The notes: generated by a model from the sequence alone, not told the origin. A stretch of DNA of 59,687 bases, filler included, from Catajapyx aquilonaris (GCA_000934665.2; 3 parts of 3 records of this genome joined end to end with filler, not necessarily neighbours in it), one strand, 5' to 3'; counted from the whole stretch's first letter, positions 45,089 to 59,687 are shown. Numbers and translations are program-made.

Positions 45089-48000
45089 TATCGGTCCGAG
45101 TCCCTCTCTTATTCTTCCTTTAGTTATTCCATATCCCGTGAATGAACCCCGCAGTGCAGTAGCTGCATGACTGCTGCAGCATCCTTCCCCAGGGCAGGAT
45201 AAAAGGCATGCAATGGGTCACCTCAGGATACGGCCACGTGGTTGCAAATGTCACTATCAATATGTACGGAGTCAGGTCCAGTGAACATGCGCTGCATGCA
45301 GGGGCTTCCGTACTGTATACCCTGGGCGGATTATTGTGCTTCCGTTGCCCTGGAGCCAGCTAATGGCTTCTTCCCCCGACCCATTTCAACATCCGATATC
45401 GCAGGAGAGGAAGCGCTGTCTAAAATGTCTCCCAAGTCCTAATGAACAGCTTCTCCTTTTACCCGTCGGGATCAATCTCAACTTTTATTATCTGCCTACC
45501 TGGGGGAGGATCATTTGTCACAGCCAGATGCAAACTACAAGGCTAAACAGACTACAGAGATGCTGCTGCACACTCATTTTACAAGTTCTCGAGCTCGTGT
45601 CACTGTGGATATCGATTCAACACACGGTGCAAAGGGTCCCAAATATCATATGACCAAGCAACGCTTGAATAGTGCATCGCAGATAATTATTTTTTGCATT
45701 TAAAAAGTGACTTTACCCACATTTTAATCATTCTGACACACCTAAAATCCGCAGGGTCTCTCAGGGTAGTGGACGTGGTCTATGAATACACGGGTTGAAA
45801 TTTATTATGAAAATCTTCTTCAGAGGCTGCCGCGAGACTAATTACAAACTTACAAGCCTCCCTCCAGGTCCGCACGCATCCACGACATCTCGTATCAAGA
45901 AACCCATATCTATTACAGCCCCATCTAGTGGATGCGGAGGGTGTTACAACATGCATAGAACATCCTTTTGTGGTACACTGTACCTTTAAAGACACAATGA
46001 AACCGTACATAATTAGTACTTTCCTCACCCCTACGCACCTGACAGTGCAAGACGTACCCCTTCCCCTCCCGTAAAATGCTAACTTATTCAAGTGGTACCA
46101 GAAAACGTAGGTGCTAAAAAGTAACCTGAGACCAGAGGCACCTAAACATTTACGAGTAGAAATGCTATTTTCAGCTTGGAGCTACTGTTTCATTCACTAC
46201 TGCAGTCACTCTTCAAGAAACCCAGGGAGCTTTTCAACCATGCACGTCATTCCTAATTTCACCCTGAATCACTCTCTTTGAAGTAGACAAAAAAAAGCAG
46301 TGCCAATAGCTCCAGTTATAGGAGCGATGTTTGGCCAGGATAAAAAATAATAGAATTTGGTTAGAACCATCCACTCTGGTTTGCCTGCCCTGCATTTTCA
46401 TTTAGAATTCATTAGTCGGACAAGCACGCTACTCTCTGACTGCATGCATAGGAAGAACTAAGAACGGACCAAAAGCACTCCAGGCAACAACGTTGGTGCC
46501 TCCTTTCCTCTCCAGCTCCCAATTACTTCGCGACTTGTCATTGTATTCCGACAACACCTCGGGCAACATACGACAAAAAAACAGCAGTCTGCACGGATTA
46601 CGTTTCAAAACAGTATACCGTCATCACAACTCAATTATTTACTCATTTGCATGATTCACGATTTCTTAACCAGACGACAAACATAATTCAGGAAGTATCG
46701 CTTAATAAATGCCAGGCCCGTATCAATGATGGATACAGGCAGCGATTCGCAGGATGTGCTTGTGTATATATGCAAAATAGATAAGCCATGGTGGCCTGTA
46801 TTTTGGGTACCCTTGCGCGCCTGCTGAAAAGAATGATGGCGGAACGAATGGAAGATCATGAAGAGTGCTGGCCACTTCTTGCCATTCCGTTTGGCGGCGA
46901 GGCTGTTCAAAATGAATGACCTGGCGCCTGATGCATGGAAAGATGGATTCGGCCGCAGTTGACAGACCGAGAAGGAGTGTCTGGAGGACAGCAATACCAT
47001 TCACTCCGCATACCGCACGTGTTCAAAGCCCCTTTGCCATCCGATGCTTCCGCCTTTCCGATCCTAATTCCATCGCAAACAATATAGGTCAACCACAGCT
47101 TCTTTGTCTTCACTCTGCACCTACGATATTTATGGATTCGACTATTTTAAGAATCGATTTTAATTGCGAACATTAACTGATGCCAAGCGCAAGAACAAGG
47201 ACAATAGCTAGAAAAATCATTCAACGTACACCTGCTGCTGTCACAATGCGTATTCCTGTACTAACAGGTATAGTCGCATCGGTCATTAGCCTAGATACTA
47301 ATAAACACATCGCATAATTAGAATGACATTTGCGAGATGTAAAATTGCTCGGTCACACATTGTACATCATGAAAGTTCCATGAGCAAATATTTACCGAAT
47401 AAATGACTCGCAACAGTTTATTTATCAACTGAATCGAGCTGCCCCCGTAATTATTTGGAGCCTGTACATTCTGATGCGGTAAAACCCCGAAATAAATAAA
47501 TCCGGTCATAAATGCTGCTAAATAATTCGAAAATGAAGTGCGCTTCATGGACGAGTGTTGATCCAGGTCTGGGTTTATAGTGCTCTGGAGTAGGTGGAGG
47601 AGCTTCTTCTCGGGCTGCTGCTGGTGACAAACGAGGCCAATTCCTGGAAGAGCCTCAAAAGACGGTGCTGGCAATGCCCGGAGGAGCTGGATTTATTATT
47701 CCAAGAGCCCGGCGGATGGTTTCATTATTCACGAGCATTTTGGTGGGGCGATCTGTGCGCGCCATGATTTTTGGAGGACGCCATCGTGCTGCGGTATTTA
47801 AGATACGTTGAGCATCTAGCCTTGCTGGATTCGTCCAACTTTCGCTCCGGTTCCCTAACTACGTCAGACTGCTGAATTAGTCAACACTAGAAGCGTAATA
47901 CTATTTGATAAAAGGGAGGAAGGGAGAATCCCTCCTGATATGACAAGCAGCATGTCCTGGCTGCTGGTGCAGAGGCCACAGTACCATGGCTTTTCGCCAT

Positions 48001-51000
48001 TTTGCCTTTCTCGCCTCGACACTCCCCATCTAAATTTCAGCACTTCTGTGCTAAATAACACCTGCAAGGTTGCAATTTCGATCCGGGCCTCCATGTTTCC
48101 CAGCTCCCTACCTTTCCTCTGCATTCACCCCGCCCCCCTCTCTCAGCTTTCTGGTGCAAAGTTGATGACCTGGGAGGGAGAGGCCTCCCAAAATTTCCTG
48201 CGCCTTCCTCTCCCAACTTTGGTCCATTTAATGATTCACACCAATATTATTAGTTAATGGAAAATAAAATGGCTTCATTTTCAGTCATTCTCATTAAATG
48301 ACCTCAAATAAGGAGTCCCAGAAGGTTAGAGGTTATCTGGCTCGAATATTTTAGGAGGCTGCCATTTGATGCATCAGCACCGGACACACTTGTTTGGCTT
48401 AGCAGAGGTCACAGCACGTACTGACAAATATAATCACCTTTCCGGCCTCTTACTGGACACGGGCCAATGTCAACTAGTATCCAACCAGCTAAACAGTGTT
48501 ACAAATCAGCTTCAGTCGCTCCAGAGAAGGGATTTGCGAGGCTCATTTGTCTACCTTCCACGTGCTGCTTCATCGGTATAGTCCTCGGAATGTTTCATTT
48601 TCATTCTCCCTATAACCTCCTTGGCACCACCTCACTTTATTTTCTTTTTTTCTTTTTCCTCAGCCGCACTGGATAAAAGCAAATTGTCATAACAGCAGCA
48701 TTCGCTACTTCATCACCTTCCGGCTGCCACACCGCCAACATACATGCCATGCGTGCCTAAATAATTGCACGCAACCTCCTCCTACACCAGTCTATCAAGG
48801 AAACAATAACCGCCACTCTTTCAGGATATAACACTGCTGTCAAGAGCATCTACAGTATGATATTAAATATTTTCATGAGAGATTGAGTGTCGGCAGGGAT
48901 ATATTTGTAATGGAAGGAGGTCATCATGGTCCAAACTTGCCAATCCGCCCCCCTGGTCCATCCAGCCAGCCAGCCAGCCATCCCACCCCCGTTCCGTTGG
49001 TTCCGCACGTGGTCCCCATGCTAACCGCCCACAATCCGCCCTCCAAAATAGCGCCCTGTTTATTTGGCTTTCAATTAGGGTTTCCTAGGGGAGCAGGAAA
49101 CAGGCCGCCAGGGATAAACGTCAAAGTCCGATGGCTGGTGCTGCTGCTGCCTGGATGCCCTGGCCTCGGGGCCTTCATGCTCAGCACTGAGCTGCTGCAC
49201 TCACCACCTACACCAGAGAGCGTCAAGGCACCAAGGCAGGCACAGAAATGAAATATTTACCCTAACCTGCCCGCCTGCTGCGAAAGCTTGCCCCCGGGAT
49301 CTACAACCACCAGCCTTCCATTAGTCTATTCGACCTTCTGCATGCGCACTACGTGTTAATCTAAATGTGTAGAGCAAATATTACGGAGAGGGGGAAAAAA
49401 AACTGCACTCCCATGAAAGTATCCGTTGAATCATCCGGTACTCAGGTAGATGTCTTATGAAAAGGAAGTTTCTTGGGTCTCAAAAGCCAGACATGAACAC
49501 TGTGGAATATTTTTGGAATGCGACATTGTTTGTGGGCAGGAACGCCCAATTCAGTTGCAAGCGCGCAGGAACCATGTTAAAACGTAAAAAGTAGAGGGGT
49601 AAAAAGGGGGACTCGCAGCTTGGAATGTACCCAAAACAATCTGTTGCCACACCAGCCTAATTGAAAATAGCTCAGATAGTAGACTAGAAAGCGGAGTGCA
49701 TGTGCCGTCGCGGACAGCCTTCTCTGTACATAAATTACTGCAAGCTTAGATAACACTCATGCTTTGAATGCTTCGTGTGCGATGTGATTCTTGGAATCAC
49801 ATGCTGCTGGACGTATCTGGACCATACACTACGAAATTTATAATGCGAGGCATAATATCCCCTACTATATCATTCGACATGGATGCACCCCACTTGCTAC
49901 AGGTATGAAGTATTAGCGGAAATATTCATATTTGAAATTTTCCTTGCAAAACAGCTGGATGACGTATATGTGTAAAATACTGCATACCGTATCCCCGCCT
50001 CAACAGTCTACTCTGTGTATTTAAAATAGAAATAATTACTTCTAGGAGAACGGGCACTATCAACAGTCCGTAACAATTCGCATTAGTATGTATTTTCTTG
50101 CTCGTCAAGTTTTTAAAAAATCTCCCATAGAACGTGTCCATTTAGAGGCTTCAGGGTATACAAACGTTCAAAGCTAGGGCGCTAAATATAGTCAGGGTGC
50201 CCACAAAGAAACCAGGTTAATCGCCGCTTAGGTCCAGCTTGCCAGGTATACAAGGTCGAATTGTTTTTCTTCACGTATGGTGTGTAACCGCAGCTACACT
50301 TTGTGTCTATTTAGTTGCTTATAAAACGCAAAATCTCATTTACCTAACATATACTGCAAGGAAAATATGCATAGAGTTACACGACTACACGCTCCGTGTT
50401 TATATATTTACAGTTCTCTCATATTGAGCTGGCATTTACCTAGTATACAGGAGCAAAACAATTTCCCAGACCTTGCTTTGCACTTGCAGGCACGTCCATT
50501 ACAACTGCTCACACTGCCATTTCGCATGCAAACTTTTCTCCCAACTTTTCCATGGAGCTTGAAGAGAGCCACTAAATTATTACACAATGCAGCCTTTAAA
50601 ATTAGCTACGGTAGAGCAGCAGCAAACAGCAGTTGCCAACCTCCAGACTTGTTGTCACAAAAGGTTTGTCATCAAAATGTGCTGCAAAATTTTGCATTCG
50701 ATTTTCCAACGTCACATGTGTGCATTAACCGCAATTTGGCGATAGGCGTGGGCCTAACTAACCGCCACATCACCCCTCAACAGGTGAATCCCTCAGAGCC
50801 CACCAATACTTTTTTAACATGGCAGCCAAGACTACATTTTCCCTAGCTTCCTGCCATATCCGCCAGGCTGCGCGTTCAACAAGTGTACCCACTTCCAACA
50901 ATTTCAAGTGAAACCCTGCAAATGTCAGAATAAATTCCGAGTCCCCCTCCTTCACTTCTGGGGACGACATTGCGGGGTTCTGGAATAATTAGAACGGAAT

Positions 51001-54000
51001 TTGGTTCGAGAAACCTGCAAATCACCTGTGAAAGATCTGCTAGAGTCCGGATGACTGCGGTACACTAAATTAGGAGGAAGTGCTATGTAGAAGTGCAATT
51101 AGGCTGGAGGGCAAGTGGCGCCAAGGTGGTTGTGCGGCCACCAGGCGCTAAAGAAAATGGCAAATGTCCAAAAGGTTGGCCAGCTTAAGGGGGAAATGGC
51201 GGTTGTCGTGATTAGTCGACCCACTAATGGATGGCGCTTGGAGACCAGCCAGTTTTACCTGACAATTTTTTCCCACCATCTTGATATTCCGCTCTTTTCT
51301 GTCATGTCCACTGGTCAGATGAAATCAGAGCCAAGGGCGGCCTCTAAACAAATCAGAGTCCATTTGCGGTCAACTCGCACCCTGTTCTCGGATAATGTTC
51401 CTCTTTTTTTTCCAAGGGTAGAGAATACAGCTTTAGGGAAGTAGGTGCTAGGGGAGGGTTGCAATGGCACGCTCTGGCTTTCTGGCCACGTCGGAAGTGC
51501 CAAGACAGGGGTGTGGAAGTGAGAAAGCCCTCTTCGACTCCCCTTCGCCTCTCTCGCCTTCTCCGTGGCTCGAATGCAAACCCACCCTCCCCGCCTGCTT
51601 CCCCAATGAAGTCCTCAAAAAATGCTTAGCAAACGGTCCCGATAAATTAGGTCCACAAAAGAACACCGCCCCGACTTATGGCCAGCCGCCTTTCAAGGAA
51701 TTGCTAACTCCCCTCCATTCTTTTTTTCCCTCCTTCCTTTTTCCCCCCCCCCCCCCCANCTCGGCCTCCCGACTTCTTCTCAGGTCTCTCAGGCCACATC
51801 CATCTTTGCTCTCATTGTGCGACTAAATCTACTGTCTGTACTCTCAACCCTCGCTCTCTCATTTCCACGCGTCAACTCCCCTCACAATAAATCTCAGAGA
51901 TCCGGCCGGGGTTCATATTTGAAGAATTTCGATTAACCTCGTCATCTCCGGGGCCCGCCCGAAATAATGCCGGATAAATTCTCTGCAGGCCACAAAATGG
52001 GCATTTCCTGCCCGCAAAACGCGCGCGCCATTTTCTTTCAAGATGGCGGTCTTGACACCAGGCGGCAGCACCAAGTGCTCGGGCGCCATCGCTTGACTTG
52101 GTGTCAACAATGTTTCAGGTAATGGCAAAATGTGAATTGGCGGTAGTTGGGAGAATGCCTGCTCCCCTCCTTCGACTTAATTGCATCGCCTTTGGAGTGA
52201 AGGAAGGAATGAAGGGTTTGCTTGCGACATGCAGGGAGAACCTACCCGAGGGAGTGGTAGGGGGGGGGGGGAGAAGAAGCAAGAGAGAGGGGGGGTCCCT
52301 CCTGCGCGTTATGTCTCGGAAACTTTACGCTGTCTACGTTCCTAAAATCCCCTAATTATACAACTACAGCACGGAAAGCTATAACTGTCTCGCCGGCATG
52401 ATAAAATGCTGCAGCCCGAGCCCTTCCCTGCCTGCCTGCCTTCCTTCCTACCCTTGCTGTTACACCCGCATAATGACTCTGATTTCTCCATTTGACTAAC
52501 AAGTAAGGAGGGAGAATCGGAGTTGGAGGGGGGAAACTCCCAGTTGAAAATTGAAATCCAGACATGGTTGACATACACACAAAAAAAGAACAACAACAGT
52601 CCACCTTTTACCCGGAGCCCACCTTATCGTCCGATGAGCGTATTGTTCTGCAGTCCTATCCCAGCCCAGCAGGCAGATAGACCCAATTTCATCCGCTGCA
52701 ATTGCTGCTGCGTGCAACCGCACCCGCCACATCTAAGCTAAGCTCCGCTGCAAATACCCTGCAGCAGATACCCNNNNNNNNNNNNNNNNNNNNNNNNCCC
52801 CCACCCCACCCAGGCACTGAATGTGCAGGGGAAAAAGCTTTTGTCTCTGGGTAGAATCCGGCATGACCCCAGCCCTGATTCAATATTAAAAGGCTAATAA
52901 CGTTCGCTGAGGAATTGCTAGTGTGGACACCGATGCTGCAAGATACAGCCGGTTGTATCCTGGAATATGTTTCCGGCCGCAACTAGGCCAACGCTTCAAT
53001 TCCGGGATAACCCGGGGTGTTTAAATCGGGCCATTTGAATGGACCGGGCGCCCAGGGGTGACCCAAAACTGGCCGCTTTCGGTCGGGGATCCTCTTCCCA
53101 ATCCCCAACACTCTTTGCCATTCCCTCCTCCTTTACGACCCATAACCACCCATGCAGTAGCAGCCCCGATATAAGTCCACCCCAACCCAAATCAAACGAA
53201 AGAAAGGGGGGCCCCATGTTTGATCATATATGACACGCCCCAATTCACACGTGCCCATCATAAGCACCCAACCATTTTTTTTTTTCAATCCACAAAATTC
53301 GTAAAGTTTGAGCCCATTATGCGACCTATAGCCACCCTTTGCTTCAGACGGCTCTTTCATAATGTGCATCTGTGGGAAATGGATGTTTGATAGCGACGCA
53401 TCGACGCAGAAATGTAGAGGGGGGGGCCGTATATTTGGTGGAAGCCTATAGCCCCCCAGATGGACCGGACATTTAGCTGCGTGCAATCAATCTCTAGCCC
53501 CCTCCCTCATTTTATTTCCAATCAATAGGCACAAGCCCCATCGAAGCCCAATCGAGCGAACGGGGCCTGCTGGCCTCCCCCATCCAAATGCATGGAATCC
53601 GATATCCATTGACTTTAATGGACTTGCATCGCACGGCAGAGGGCAGCCCACTCTCATGTCCCAGAGATGAGGAATAAAGAAGAGATCTCCCTATACACGC
53701 CACCACTTCCTTCATATTGGTGGGTTGGAACAATCATGCATGTCCCCTTTGCCCTCCCCCACGTCCTTTCCTCGGACAATTCCATTTTCTATCCGGTGCG
53801 AGCCATTGGCCAGGGCTTCAGGGAAGAAATAAATCGTTTTACGAGAAGTCGGCCGATACTCTGGGGCTCACATAGACTTTCCAAGGCCCGTGGACCCCCC
53901 ACCTCCCCACTCCCCCGGAAAATAATTTAGGCCGCGTTTAAAGGGCCGCAGGATTCTTTCCTTTGCAAACTGAATGGGCTCACCACCAATCCGAGCTCCC

Positions 54001-57000
54001 CTGGGACCGTCTAAAACCTGCTGCTGGCCGCTTTTATGTGGAGCCCCGACGAATTGGTGGCCCCTTACCCCACCCCCTCCATCTCTTCCTCCCAGCTCGA
54101 CCTAATGTGATCAGTGCTAGACTGCAGCCAGCCTGATAGTTCCAATCAAACGTGTCGCTCTGAGTCGTCTACTAATGTGTCGCACACCGCACAACCCCTT
54201 CCTTTTTGTTCCTCCATTTCGACCACCAACTTCCTTCAATTACGACACTCAACCAAACACGTCTTTCCGATAGTTACAGAAGGTAATTACACCGAAAGAC
54301 AACTGTACATCGGTTGGCTCGTTGAAAATTTATTAATGAGTTACCAGATTCAAAGAAAGCAATAGGGTACGATCAGATAATTAATGCTACATGTCCTGTA
54401 TTGTAGCACACATCATTACACGGCCATCAAGCTAAAGCCGGAATAGATCTGTCTGCTTAGAAGGGTTAGGTCCGGCTGATCAAAAACAGATCGAGTCCCA
54501 GATAATTTGGGACAGTACTGCCCCCCCCCCCCCTCTTGCATTCCCTGCCNCTGGTCTGACACCCACCCACCCATATTATATATGGGCCCCTCCTCCTGGA
54601 TTCCCCCACCCAGGGAACCAAAACAGCAGGAGTGACAGATAGGGGCAATACAACGCCGCTTCCGGTCAGCCACAACTATCCGATCGTTTGTTTCGTTGTC
54701 GCTCTTGTTGGCCTTACATTGACCACATCTGCTCATTTATCCAGCCTGCTTTGCTGCACTTCCCATCACTAACCCAACTTATAAGCCGATATGCCCATAT
54801 CTTGCCCTTGAACACCTTGCGGTATGCAATATCTCACTAAACATAAGCAGGATGCAGAGTGTAATCCCCCCCCTCCGTTAGCCGCAATTAGTTTGGTAGT
54901 GTTGGGCAACTTTCTTCCGAGCACCCCCCCTCCGGCATCCAATACAGTATAATCACCGTCATTCGGCGGTTAACCATCCTATATACAACAATATGGTCCC
55001 CCCAAATCGCCAACGTAAAAAAAAAGTCCGTTGAAGAAGACGCAATCTAGCGGGCGAAAAGGCGAGCTAGGGAGAAAAGGTGCGTAAAGGGCCGCCGTGG
55101 TTTGAACGGGGGGATAATCGGGTTAAACGAGGTAATCTGACACCACCAAGACGAGGAAGCGCATCATAAACGCAATTAGGCAGAGAATATGACCATTAAG
55201 GCAAGGAATTAGCCCCCGGACCCGCCGCTAAAAACCTCTCCGCAATTTCGCTACCTACACGCGGGTATAATACAAGGCTTGCAGCTGCGACATCCTCCTA
55301 TACTTATACACAATAGATTCAAACCCAAAACCTAGATTCTAGCCTAAAAATCTAGGGGGCTCCGGCAGCCATATTGATTAGGCGACTCGGGGATACCTTA
55401 TACCTGCTGCGTATATGCGCAGTTCCTATTACACCTCCTGCCTCTAAGAAAATGCCTATATTGAGTCGTGCTATGTGTGGGTTTTCTAGCAGGGGATCTA
55501 GATAGAATTGCGGAGGAAGGATTTCCATGCAGTCCCCCAAACTCTCTCCTGTTTCACCTTAACGAATCGAATTATCTCGGTTCGGCGGGACGCAGGCCCG
55601 GCCTATTATGTCTGACGGCCTACTTGTCCTAATTAAGTCGGAGGGGGAGTTGCTTGTGGGATGGAGGAAAAGCAAGTCTTGAGACTCGACACGACACTAC
55701 CACTACAAACTGGCAGCCTTGGCTGCATGCGACTGACTGCATGGATGCTGGGCTGGCTTGGTGTCGCAGCCCGCGTCTAATTGCCTACCCACAGACATAT
55801 ATTGGCAACTCGGATCCTTGGGTTCATCTCAGTCAGATCTGACTCTCGTCTCCGGCCGTCTCACGACTGATTACAAATCTGGAAGCCGACACCCAGGTCC
55901 GACATCTCTTGGCAGCATTGAAGCTGGGCCTCCAGCAATAATTGGTGGTGTGAGACCCTGAGAGATGAGCCCTGCTGCTTCTATTCCTCCACATGCAGTG
56001 GCGTATTGTAGTTTCTGTTACTTAGGAGGGAAAATGCGGCGTAATCCAATCCGCGCCTCCGCCCCCTGCTGATGCAATTACAGCTCTGCTTTCACCTGAC
56101 TGTTAACATGCAAATGGAGCCTCCACCTCTGCTGCCTTCCTCAGACACGTACTCCTAATCCGATTACCACCATCTGACCCACTCTGATAAATATTTACGC
56201 CCTGCTCGCCTATCAACCGCCAGGTGTCCATACTTACATCCTCCGACCACACTAACACACTACCAGCCGCATACAAACCCCCCCGACATACTAGCAAGCT
56301 TGCTAGTTCCGATCCCCGTGAAATACCCTCCTCCATTTTTTATCAATAAAAAAAACCTCCGGCATCGGGCCGTTCCAGTGGCTTCCTCCCTAAGCCCTCG
56401 AACGTAATACCTCAAGTTAATTTGTCGGCGCGTGGGGGGTTGACAATGCATGATTGCCGTTGCTTGACACGACGCCAGCAGGTCGGATAGCCAGCCATGG
56501 GGGCAGGGCGCTTAGCAACATACGAAGGAATATGAAAAGCAAGGCCGCGCTAAAAAGCCCCCACTGGATGACTAATAATTCCATCCGCGGACAAGTCTGC
56601 CGGCTGCAGCTGAATAATCGGCTTATCGGCAGCAAACTGTCGAGGACTTGATCCCCCCAACTTGCAGAGCTTCCCATCCAATCAACCAGGATGGTGGTAC
56701 AGGGAGACAGTCATGCACAAATAAATGTCAACTGACCAGACACGGTCAGAATTGTTTTTATTATTTGCAAGAACATGGACTATAGTGTTCAATTTCCTGG
56801 TCGCGAACCGTCGCCGAGCCTTGAAATTGGGTTTTACCTTGGTTATTTCCGTGGTAATTAGGGAGCTAATCACGTCCAGGGCTCCACCTTATGAGACGGC
56901 CTTTCTACCGATCGACTGTCAATACAGTGTATAAAAGCTAGGAGGGTTGGGGATGCCAACTATTCATCACAGCTGCCAAAAGGTCGGCCAACAAACCGTG

Positions 57001-58854
57001 GGGAACAAAAATGATCAATCCCGGCTCCTTCGAAACAAAAAGCACGAACGTGCGCCGATTAGTAATATGCAACAATCGGAGGGATTCCCCACAGGAGGTC
57101 TAGGGGATTCCCTCGATACATAAAAAAAATATCGATTCCGTATTTTGAAGACAAGAGTTGGCGATGATCTATCTGAGGTTCTGCTCCCTCTCTATCAGAA
57201 CAAGTGACGATGTGTCCCCGGAATCCATTCCCCAAAAGCCATCCAAATGTCTGCACCACACACACACACCAGCTCGCCTGTTGGCTTCCCATCACATTCA
57301 ACCTTCGCGACTGCTCCCAACAATTTCCGCTGCGGGAAATGGAAGCAGCTCACATCGCAGCCAGCCTGTCAAACTATTCTTGCCCCTAGATCAATGCCCC
57401 AAAATGCACCGGGGCTTGGACCTACCCTCCTTTTTTCTAGGGGGTCTACCTATAGCCGGCAAACAAAAATATTGCGACGCCCACAGGACAAAAAACAGAC
57501 ATTGTATAGAGTCCGGACCTGTTCTCAACACTTGGTTTTTTTCGTATTCAGACCGGGATCATTATTTCTGACAACTTTACGGATTTTTCGCACTGCATAA
57601 AGACGCTTTCTGAATAAGAGAGGGCAAAAAGTCGAAAATCTCTTTTGTGCCGCGCTTTCATAGAAACGGATGTTTCCGGTTATAACTTCACCACCCAGTG
57701 CGCTTTGTATAGCTCTAAAATAGCAACTCCACTCGTTATTGCGGTCTCATTGGGCCCAAACTGGACTCATGCTGAGTAAAAGGCAATGTATCATGTAGGA
57801 CTCTGAATTATGCTGCACTATCACATGTCCAGAATTGCAAAAGATCCTCCACGGTTGCCTCCATCCTGAATAATTTGACGTTATGCCTTAGGGTAATTAA
57901 ACTTGCGGTCAAAACCATCCCTAGAGCCTTCTATGACCTAGTTTCTACTTGAGTAGATGTCCCCCGGCTTGAAGTTTAGTTGAGTGATGGGTTGGCAGCA
58001 ATGCGCCAGAAAAAGTGTGATCATCGAATGATCCTTTGGGGCCGGCAAACGGCAAGGATTCCAGCCGACCTCATCACCTCAGCCGATTACAGCCCGGGCC
58101 TGGAAATTACCGCGCTCTTCATTCGCATTATAGAAAGTAATCCCTGGGTGGCTCTCTTTTCTCTCCTACCCCCACCCTATACCCCCTTACCCTCTCAGCC
58201 AGCATCCCAGATCAACCGCGCGATTTGTAATTAAAACCCAATTCAACTGGGGGTCCAACGACCAAGTGGGGGCAGACTGGGGCTATGAGGATGACTTTTC
58301 CACTGCCCTCCACGATCGGCCGGCACTGCCCTGATCGTTTTCACGCTTTGCACATTCCACTTATAGCTTGTGGTCCACGATCAACTGCCACCGGCCCATC
58401 CCGGCTGTTTACTTTTTTTCGTTGGACAATCTGGGTACCGCCAGATCTGGATTTCATAGTGCAAACTTGGATAGGCGTTGGGACCGGAGTGGACGTGCAA
58501 AAAACACGGGTTTCACCTTATGTAAATCTGGGCGTGGGTGCTCGGTGATTATTCACTGACGCATATTTAAATTGTGTACGTCATTGTATAAGTTCATCCT
58601 GTTACATTAATTATACGATGGCGGGAATATGTTGTAGCGAACCAGAAATGTCAGTATGACATATTGTATAGTCAGCTTTATTTGTACTGTACAATATGTA
58701 GATTTTTATCTTTTATCTTTTATTTTTATTTCGATTTTTTATTTCATTTTTAAATATTTTTTATTTTTTATTTCATTTTTTAAATATTTTTTTATTTTCT
58801 ATATCATTTTTTAAATATTTTTTATTTTTTACTTTATTTTTAAAATATTTTAAA

Positions 58855-59119
58855 TACCCCGTGATAGGGCCCGAGGTCATCTTAGGGGGGAAGGGGAGGT
58901 TCCCAAGGGAGGGCGCTGTGCGGTAGTCATTTATGACATTCTTTAACACCAGGCCTTTTCTCCTGGCCCTGGGCAGAGTAGGGAGTGCAATTCTGCCCCG
59001 GCATGTCGGGTGAAAAGCGGAAAAAGACCCGGCCAAGCAGAGGTGACGGGGACGGGATTTGAACCCCGGCCTCCCGCTTGGCTGGCCTGTGGCGTAACCA
59101 CCAGACCACCATGCCTCCC
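58855..59119 (-). mobile_element. tRNA-derived SINE, family E, with AT-rich tail extending to ~58705
   Basis: Minus strand GGGAGGCATGGTGGTCTGGTGG A box and GGTTCAAATCCC B box. Confidence 0.75.
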
Positions 59120-59687
59120 TATTTCTGCTGCTAGTGCATGTTAAGTTTTGTCCAGGCAGAATTTAGGGTCATTTTAATTCACCATGTTCTTTATCACGAT
59201 GTACGGTCTTTCAAAAATAGCAACCTACTCTTCTGAGCCAATTTGTGCCGCCACCGCCGGCTCAAAAAAATTTCGCCGACGCCGCCGAAAAAAATATGTG
59301 GTATCGGCACGCCGACGCCGCCGATTCGAAATATCCGCGCCGACGCCGGTTTCAAATGTGTCACAAAATTAATGTTGATGTCCCAACTTCTCCCGTCCTT
59401 CCCCACTCTACTGACAGTTACCAACCATTTGACCTCCGCTCCACATCACTTGGCTTCTTTCTTTAAGCAATAATTGTTGTGCATTATTGGACCAATAGGC
59501 CGCATAGGATACCACCTAAGTTGCTCCTTTTGCCAACCAGCAACATGACTGCCGCGTGAAAGGTCAACAAATGACGGCTATAAGATCCTATCGATAAACC
59601 CGGCTTCAACTACGGCCTCACACGATACACCGACACTCACGGGGCGTAGATAAGGGGGGGGTTTTGGGGGTTCACCCCCCCCCCCCC

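Noticed and set aside
56236..56336. Possible upstream CELF coding exon (ATG...GAT|GTAAGT)
   Set aside because: Phase 0 does not fit the 43896 acceptor frame, and there is no recognisable homology.
40821..56717. About 14 UGCAUG (Rbfox) motifs on the CELF sense strand
   Set aside because: A similar number occurs on the opposite strand, so composition (TG/CA excess) explains it.
1..59687. CRISPR arrays, rRNA, operons or prokaryotic defence systems
   Set aside because: No repeat-spacer array or rRNA-like sequence was seen; the genes are spliceosomal-intron eukaryotic genes.

Overview
Eukaryotic, intron-rich, transposon-dense sequence. The protein sequences suggest an arthropod, probably an insect; the species cannot be identified. 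Two 100-nt spacers (N44-TTAATTAATTAA-N44 at 19833-19932 and 39763-39862) split the window into three segments whose adjacency may be artificial. Segment 1 holds the last seven coding exons of MED16 (minus strand; all splice phases check by hand). One MED16 intron contains an intact, intronless, same-strand 248-aa ORF with two predicted transmembrane helices. It starts exactly at a splice acceptor and ends 67 nt before the next MED16 exon, and it is the most interesting object here. Segment 2 holds the last exon of SF3B2 (plus strand) tail-to-tail with a complete 4-exon eIF4A3 gene (414 aa, minus strand); their poly(A) signals cross, so the 3' UTRs appear to overlap. Segment 3 holds one RRM1 exon of a bruno/CELF1-2 gene in long, comparatively TE-poor non-coding sequence. 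The introns carry nested non-autonomous DNA transposons (pogo/Tigger, mariner, hAT, piggyBac-like, Kolobok-like, Harbinger-like, Helitron). They also carry five tRNA-derived SINE families (one with a V-domain-like core), a probable solo LTR and several strong palindromes. Gene and family names come from my recall of conserved sequences, not database searches.
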